Of a stretch of 64,000 nucleotides of DNA, positions 58,809 through 64,000 are shown in pieces. The translations under genes were made by a program, and so were the position numbers. Source of the DNA: an uncultured Candidatus Binatia bacterium (GTDB lineage Bacteria; Desulfobacterota; Binatia; Bin18); assembly GCA_965214755.1 (NCBI GenBank), contig OZ243979.1, forward strand, positions 2,691,251 through 2,755,250, written 5' to 3'. The first letter of the stretch is position 1; the number at the start of each line of letters is the position of its first letter. The notes under the pieces are model-generated. The model searched no databases. It was not told the origin of the DNA and saw only the letters and a list, made by a program, of their open reading frames with translations.

Positions 58809-59091
58809 ATGAAGAACACGACCTTAGTCGAAAAAAAATATTGAATTGGGTTTCGAGTTCACCCGCTACCTCTTAGACCATCCGGAGCTCGAAGATCGTA
58901 TCCCGAAGGGAGCGCAAGTCGTGCTGTTGCCTGAGTATGATGAAAAGCTCAAGCACTTCAATATGCAAACGGCCAAAAAACAACGGGAAGAAGGGCAACC
59001 CGTTGTCTATGTGAGCATCAAACGACTTGCCCTTGATAGGGCCTCTCGACTGGTCGGAACAAAGATCGAACGCATTGAGCACGTGGCATAG
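58809..59091 (+). CDS. small conserved hypothetical protein; 5' part requires -1 correction in an A8 run
   Basis: ATG 58809 with GGAGG 7 nt upstream reads MKNTTLVEKKY* through aaaaaaaa (58833-58840). With A7 the frame joins the long ORF 58846..59091 (…IELGFEFTRYLLDHPELEDRIPKG…). Confidence 0.4.
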
Positions 59092-59116
59092 GATCAATGG
59101 AGAGTGACGCACTGCG

Positions 59117-59674
59117 TTAGACCGGCTCCGGTTGCTCTCTCGCGCCATCGATCAGCACAAAGGCAATCTGACACGGCCGGTCCGAACGGTTGCTCCAGGC
59201 GTGATTGGTGCCGCGCTGGATAATGACATCGCCGGCCGTGACCAGCACCTCCGAGTCGTCCAGGACCATATAGCATTCGCCCGAAAGCACGAGCGCGTAA
59301 TCAATCGTTTCGGTCCTGTGCATCAGCGGGTGCCGGGGCTGCTCAGCGTCGTCCAGGGCCTGCTCCGCGCCGAATGAGGCGAAGCTCTCCCGCGCGGCCT
59401 CCCGGTCTAGCTGATCGATCCAGTCCTTTTCCGGCGAAAACTCGACAATCCGAAAGACCGTACCGTTGGCGGGAGGAATCAGGACGACCGGACCCTGTGT
59501 CCGGTCGGTTACGTCGGTCAGGCTCGCGGGGGTCTCGGTTGTGACCCACAGATTAATCACCTCAACACCCGGCCTGTTCTTTGGGTTGAATACGGACGCT
59601 GAGGTGTCGGAGAGGACTGTCGCCCGCCCGTTTATGTCGTGTCCGGTCACGATGCGTCGCGTGCCGTTCGGCAT
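59117..59674 (-). CDS. cupin domain protein
   Basis: 185 aa. …YALVLSGECYMVLDDSEVLVTAGDVIIQRGTNHAWSN… is a cupin beta-barrel motif region. Confidence 0.6.
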   Translation of the reverse strand: MPNGTRRIVTGHDINGRATVLSDTSASVFNPKNRPGVEVINLWVTTETPASLTDVTDRTQGPVVLIPPANGTVFRIVEFSPEKDWIDQLDREAARESFASFGAEQALDDAEQPRHPLMHRTETIDYALVLSGECYMVLDDSEVLVTAGDVIIQRGTNHAWSNRSDRPCQIAFVLIDGAREQPEPV

Positions 59675-59826
59675 AGTGGCTGCCTCCTATAATTCGAGCG
59701 CGTCCGATTCTCCGCCCACATCTAGCAGCGAGAAACTGCTCCGCACTCTTTTCTTTGAAATGAAAGTTGGTGTAGCCTGTATCTACCTCGATGGCGTACC
59801 CCCTCAATATGAGCGGAGGAAGAGCA

Positions 59827-60870
59827 ATGCAAGGCAAAGTGATGACCGTTCTTGGCCCGATCGAGCCCGACGCGCTGGGGATTACCCTGACGCATGAACA
59901 CCTGCTCATTGATCTCCGCGTGTGGTGTGAAGAGCCTGAGGACGAGGAGCAAAAGGCGTTCGTGCATGCGCCGGTAGAAATGGCGACGCTCGGCGCAATT
60001 CGGCGCGAACCATTCGGTAATCTGGATAACTGCGTCCTCGATGACACGACCCTGGCTATTACGGAATTACGCCGGTTCAAGACCGCCGGCGGAGGCAGTG
60101 TGGTGGACTGTACGAATAATGGCCTGGGACGCACGCCGTTGGCCTTAGCAGAAATTGCCCAAGCGACCGAGATTAATATCGTTATGGGCTCTGGCTATTA
60201 TATCGGCCGTTCTCACCCGTATGATATGGTTGATCGGTCCGTTGAAATGATCGCCGAGGAGATTGAATCCGATCTCATGCAGGGCGTTGCCGATACCGGG
60301 GTGCGCTCCGGCCTCATCGGTGAGATCGGCACCAGCTTCAAGGTGCGCGAGAACGAACAGAAGGTCTTGCGCGCTGCCGCCCGCGCCCAGCGGCGCACCG
60401 GAGCGCCGGTCAGTGTCCATCTGCTGCCGTGGCAGAAAAACGGGACCGAAGTCCTCGATATTCTTGAAGGCGCAGGCGCAGATCCGCATCAGGTCATACT
60501 GTGCCATCTCAGCCCAACGAGCGACGACCTGGAATATCATACGACTCTGGCCAAACGTGGCGCTTACGTTGAGTACGATTTCTTTGGCATGGAATACTAC
60601 GTGGACAGCGTCGGCCGCTACACGGGCTCGGATGCCGGGAGTGTCGTCGCGCTGAAACGCCTGATCGACGTGGGCTGTTTAGATCGCCTGCTCCTGTCCC
60701 ACGATATTGCGATGAAGGTCCAACTCACTCACTACGGCGGCTGGGGCTACGCCCACCTGGTCAAGAACGTGGTGCCCATGCTGAGTCGAAGCGGACTGAG
60801 TGCCGAGCAGATCGACACCTTGATCGTGGAGAATCCGCGGCGCGTGCTGACCTGGGGAGCGCCGGTGTAA
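59827..60870 (+). CDS. phosphotriesterase-related protein (PTE/aryldialkylphosphatase family, amidohydrolase superfamily)
   Basis: ATG 59827 after GGAGGAAGAGCA. GITLTHEHL (HxH), …GEIGTS…, VSVHLLPWQ, and LLSHDIAMK are characteristic of the PHP/PTE family. Confidence 0.7.
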   Translation: MQGKVMTVLGPIEPDALGITLTHEHLLIDLRVWCEEPEDEEQKAFVHAPVEMATLGAIRREPFGNLDNCVLDDTTLAITELRRFKTAGGGSVVDCTNNGLGRTPLALAEIAQATEINIVMGSGYYIGRSHPYDMVDRSVEMIAEEIESDLMQGVADTGVRSGLIGEIGTSFKVRENEQKVLRAAARAQRRTGAPVSVHLLPWQKNGTEVLDILEGAGADPHQVILCHLSPTSDDLEYHTTLAKRGAYVEYDFFGMEYYVDSVGRYTGSDAGSVVALKRLIDVGCLDRLLLSHDIAMKVQLTHYGGWGYAHLVKNVVPMLSRSGLSAEQIDTLIVENPRRVLTWGAPV

Positions 60871-60930
60871 AGGCGAGCATGGCTCGAAAACAAGCCTGAG
60901 CATACCTGCATCCAACAGAGGAGGCAAAAG

Positions 60931-61701
60931 ATGGCCGGTAGACTGACGGATAAAATCGCCCTTGTGACCGGTGGCGCTTCAGGGATTGGGCGCGCTACGG
61001 TCCTCCGCTTTGCCGAAGAGGGGGCTGCGGTCGTGGCCGCCGACCGCAACCCGGGCGGTCTGGAGCAGACCAAAAGCCTGGCGCAAAAGATCAGCCCGGA
61101 TATCGAGACCGTTACCGTAGACGTATCCAAGCCGGACCAGGTCGAGCATATGGTTGACACTGCGGTTGAACGTTTCGGCCGCCTGGACGTCCTAGTCAAC
61201 GCGGCCGGGGTCCTGATTCTGACGCCACCGCTGGCCGAAGTAGACGAACGGCACTGGGACCTGATGATGTCAACCAACCTCAAAGGACTCTTCTTTTGCT
61301 GCAAAGCCGCCATCCCGACCATGCTGCAAAACGGCGGTGGCTCAATCGTCAACATTGCCTCCATGGCCGGTGTCCAGGCCTACAGCCAGTCTCTGCCCTA
61401 TGCGGTCAGTAAGGCCGGCATCATCCATCTCAACTCGGTGGCCGCCAGCCAATACACCTCTCAGGGCATTCGGATAAACTGTATTGCCCCTGGTTTTGTG
61501 GACACCCCACAGGCACGCGGCAGCACCCAGAGTACGGAAGCCATAGAGAAAGCGGCCCGCTATCATCCCCTGGGACGCATTGGTCGGCCCGAGGAGATTG
61601 CGAACACGATTCTCTTCCTGGCCTCGGACGAATCCTCCTATATCAGTGGTTCGACCTTTATTGTGGACGGCGGCTCCTGGTCGGTTGCCAGCCGGCTCTA
61701 A
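60931..61701 (+). CDS. SDR family oxidoreductase
   Basis: KIALVTGGASGIGRAT (TGxxxGIG), NAAGV, SKAGIIHLNSVAASQY (YxxxK variant S-K… Y). Confidence 0.75.
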   Translation: MAGRLTDKIALVTGGASGIGRATVLRFAEEGAAVVAADRNPGGLEQTKSLAQKISPDIETVTVDVSKPDQVEHMVDTAVERFGRLDVLVNAAGVLILTPPLAEVDERHWDLMMSTNLKGLFFCCKAAIPTMLQNGGGSIVNIASMAGVQAYSQSLPYAVSKAGIIHLNSVAASQYTSQGIRINCIAPGFVDTPQARGSTQSTEAIEKAARYHPLGRIGRPEEIANTILFLASDESSYISGSTFIVDGGSWSVASRL

Positions 61702-61710
61702 GGGGGGAGT

Positions 61711-61947
61711 ATGGACAAGCTCATCGAGATTACCAATAAGGCCGTGGCGGATTACGGCTTTCGGCAGATCGTGCAGTGGAGCCCCGAGGACATCGTTGCC
61801 CAGTGGCAGCTCTCAACCCGCGAAGCGGAACTCCTCACCGGCGTCATCAAGGACGAGCTGGACCGCTTGCCCATCCCGGTTGAACCCCCGGACGTGCCCC
61901 ACGAGCAGGAGCGTGTGGCCGGTATCATCCGGCAGGCGTTGGGTTAG
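61711..61947 (+). CDS. small hypothetical protein (78 aa)
   Basis: ATG 9 nt after the SDR stop, with GGGGGGAG upstream. MDKLIEITNKAVADYGFRQIVQWSPEDIVAQWQLSTREAELLTG… has a weak resemblance to NHLP/Nif11-type leader sequences but lacks a Cys/Ser-rich core. Confidence 0.3.
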   Translation: MDKLIEITNKAVADYGFRQIVQWSPEDIVAQWQLSTREAELLTGVIKDELDRLPIPVEPPDVPHEQERVAGIIRQALG

Positions 61948-61952
61948 CGCCG

Positions 61953-63689
61953 TTATGTCTCGGCTGAACCGCTTCGGACCGGCAATCTGAGGCGGGACGG
62001 ACAGGCCGGCGTATGCCAAATGCTGTTCGTTGCAATCCGAGGCTGCGCCAGGTCGGCGAGCCGACCAAACCGGTTCAGACTGCGCGCAAACCAGGGAAAA
62101 TCACTGCTGGTTATACTCACCCGAATACGGTGGCCGGGTAAAAAGACATAATGGGTGGGCCAGAGTTCCACCTCAAACAGTATCACCGCTCCGGGGACGA
62201 GGGGCGTGGGCCGTTGCAGCGACTCCCGGTACGAGGCGCGCAAACAGCCCTGGCTGACCTTCATTGAACGTCCGTCGGGATACACATCGGTCAGCTTGAC
62301 GTGCCATTCCGTGTCGTCACAATCGCTCGCGGCGAACAGGTCTGTATGCGGCCAGCCCGAGACAACCACTTCTTCCGCCAAGACATCGCTGGTGTAGCAG
62401 ATGACATCGGACCGGGCTTCAACCGGGTCCTGATTGAGCGGAATGTCCTCAAGCGGATATTGCTTGACGTCCATCTGGGTTGGAGCCGGGTCGTTCGGGT
62501 CATAGCGATAGGTCTGCGCCGGTTCCTCGACTGAGGGAGACGTGGCAGACAGAGAGCCATGTGTTCCATCGAAGTGCAAATAGAACGCCTGCTCCGCATC
62601 GCTCAGCGGCCAGCGGTCCGTCTCACACCAGACGTTCCGCCCGGTTTCAAAAAGACGGACAGGCGGGTCGTTCGGAACGCCGTTGTCCCGATCTTTGAGC
62701 CAATGATCAAACCAGCGTAAATGGACCTGATGCATATCCAGCGCAGCGTCCGGTCCGAAGTGCACCCCGGCATAGCTATCGTGCGGCCAGCGGCAGTTGA
62801 CGTGGCTCCACGGTCCGACAATCAGTTGTTGCCGCCCGCGGGCCGGAGAGGCCTGCATCATATGCTCATAATGATGAAAGGCACCGGTCAGGTCCTCCAT
62901 ATCGAACCAGCCCGTCACGTGGAGACAGGGCACATCGATCTGATCGTAGCGCTCATCAAAACGCAGCGCCTGCCAGTGCGCGTCCAGGGTGTCATGCGTC
63001 AGCATGTCGTTCCAGGTTTCCCCGACCGGGTCGATATGCTCGCCAATGGCGCTCAGCGGCAGACGGCGCAGGATATCGTCCCAGTCGTGGGCTTCGAGCC
63101 CGTGGAATTCGGCAATCCGCCGTCGAACGAGATACACCCACCAGCCAAAATAGAGTTGAAACACGCCCCAGGTATACGGAATCTCCTGTTGCCAGCGCCC
63201 GGCCGCGGAGGTGGAGATCATGCAGTTCAGATGGGGCGGACGTTCCGCGGCCGCGGCCCACTGGGCCCAGCCCATATAGCTTAACCCGGTCGTGCCAACC
63301 TTGCCGCTGCACCAGTCCTGGCGAGCCACCCACTCAATCACGTCATGCGTATCCGGCCCGTCGTGCACAAAGGCCCGCCACTGACCCTCGGATTTCCCCC
63401 GCCCGCGCACGTCGTGCACAATAACGGCATAGCCGTGTTCCTGGTAAAAGCGCGCCTCGTCCAAAAAGAAGATCGCAGTACTTTTGTCGTAGGGCGTGGA
63501 CTGGACGATTGCCGGCGCGGGCAGTTCGTCCTTACTCGGGAGGTAAACATCCGCGGCCAGTTCGACTCCGTCCCGCATCGGGATACCGACTTCAAACACG
63601 GGCCGGTCTGTCGCTGCCGCCGCTCGGATAGGCTCCTCAAAATAGCGCTGGCGGGGCGTTTTTGTGGCGCCGGGCATCACAACGGCCAT
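61953..63689 (-). CDS. CocE/NonD family hydrolase (paralog of 13781..15574)
   Basis: STPYDK, GYAVIVHDVRGRGKSEG, GTTGLSYMG (GxSxG), and a C-terminal jelly-roll domain. Same architecture as the first copy. Confidence 0.7.
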   Translation of the reverse strand: MAVVMPGATKTPRQRYFEEPIRAAAATDRPVFEVGIPMRDGVELAADVYLPSKDELPAPAIVQSTPYDKSTAIFFLDEARFYQEHGYAVIVHDVRGRGKSEGQWRAFVHDGPDTHDVIEWVARQDWCSGKVGTTGLSYMGWAQWAAAAERPPHLNCMISTSAAGRWQQEIPYTWGVFQLYFGWWVYLVRRRIAEFHGLEAHDWDDILRRLPLSAIGEHIDPVGETWNDMLTHDTLDAHWQALRFDERYDQIDVPCLHVTGWFDMEDLTGAFHHYEHMMQASPARGRQQLIVGPWSHVNCRWPHDSYAGVHFGPDAALDMHQVHLRWFDHWLKDRDNGVPNDPPVRLFETGRNVWCETDRWPLSDAEQAFYLHFDGTHGSLSATSPSVEEPAQTYRYDPNDPAPTQMDVKQYPLEDIPLNQDPVEARSDVICYTSDVLAEEVVVSGWPHTDLFAASDCDDTEWHVKLTDVYPDGRSMKVSQGCLRASYRESLQRPTPLVPGAVILFEVELWPTHYVFLPGHRIRVSITSSDFPWFARSLNRFGRLADLAQPRIATNSIWHTPACPSRLRLPVRSGSAET

Positions 63690-63708
63690 CCTGTTGGCGC
63701 AAACGGTC

Positions 63709-64000
63709 TCAGTCCTGCTTCTGCGCCTGGACCGCTTCCTCGGCGGTCATGACCACCACATCGCCCGGTCCGGCGCTGACCTCGCCGCCGTCGACCACAT
63801 AGGTCATGCTGGTCGCGAACGTTCCGGCCGGGCTGGCCAGGAACAAGGCCAGACCGGCGATTTCGTTCGGCTCGCCCACCCGCTTCTGCGGGTTGATCGG
63901 AGAGCCGCTGGTCTCAACCGCCTCGACCAGTTCCTTTGCCAGGTCGGTCCGTATCAGACCCGGCGCGATACAGGTCACCCGAATCTTATCGACCGCCCAT
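63709..64000 (-). CDS. SDR family oxidoreductase, C-terminal part (gene runs off window end)
   Basis: …IRVTCIAPGLIRTDL…GEPNEIAGLALFLASPAGTFATSMTYVVDGG is a typical SDR C-terminus. The reading frame is open to position 64000. Confidence 0.6.
   Translation of the reverse strand, partial: WAVDKIRVTCIAPGLIRTDLAKELVEAVETSGSPINPQKRVGEPNEIAGLALFLASPAGTFATSMTYVVDGGEVSAGPGDVVVMTAEEAVQAQKQD

Noticed and set aside
61711-61947. Possible RiPP (NHLP/Nif11-type) precursor.
   Set aside because: Only the N-terminal half loosely resembles such leaders. The C-terminus (PIPVEPPDVPHEQERVAGIIRQALG) has no Cys/Ser/Thr-rich core, and no modifying enzymes are adjacent.

Overview
This is a 64-kb window from a high-GC bacterium (about 60-65% GC), with GGAGG-type ribosome-binding sites and many LLM-class, amidohydrolase-2, CocE/NonD and SDR genes, so it is plausibly Chloroflexota or Actinomycetota. 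The backbone is a dense run of catabolic and detoxification-type enzymes with many paralogous pairs: two NTF2-like proteins, two amidohydrolases, two LLM oxidoreductases, two CocE/NonD hydrolases, three cupins and four SDRs. It also carries a beta-oxidation-like block (a MaoC hotdog pair, crotonase, 2,4-dienoyl-CoA reductase-like and FadB-like genes), SelO, an M18 aminopeptidase, an amidase, and a HlyD/ABC-2 exporter operon. No transcription regulator, tRNA or rRNA was found. Several lower-GC, apparently horizontally acquired islets are embedded in this backbone. The first islet (4.1-6.3 kb) has a PD-(D/E)xK-like ORFan, a 16-bp x3 tandem repeat and VapBC. The second (22.3-26.1 kb) has a decayed MmeI/PglX-like methyltransferase, a SLATT-like gene with an in-frame stop and a degraded IS982 element. 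The third (30.6-37.6 kb) has a 1941-aa DUF4011-helicase-Vsr-like-nuclease-DUF3320 protein (Hhe-like defence candidate) next to Phd/VapC. The fourth (39.2-42.3 kb) sits at the 3' end of selO, is bounded by duplicated copies of the selO 3' terminus, and holds a frameshifted HhH-GPD glycosylase, a DUF4926-like gene and three co-oriented ORFans. The most unusual observation is inside the IS982 transposase gene. A 28-nt, CRISPR type I-E-like palindromic stretch of the coding sequence occurs three times, separated by two unique 33-nt spacers (period 61 bp). This looks like two ectopic (neo-CRISPR) spacer-acquisition events rather than a canonical array. The window also contains an unusually high number of disrupted reading frames. 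There are homopolymer +/-1 shifts in both ABC-2 permeases and a small gene, a missing start in one ABC ATPase, a 20-bp break in hpaB, a VapC C-terminal shift and in-frame stops in defence remnants. Assembly indel errors and genuine pseudogenisation both need to be considered. All functional calls are from motif and family recognition by eye; no database search was possible.
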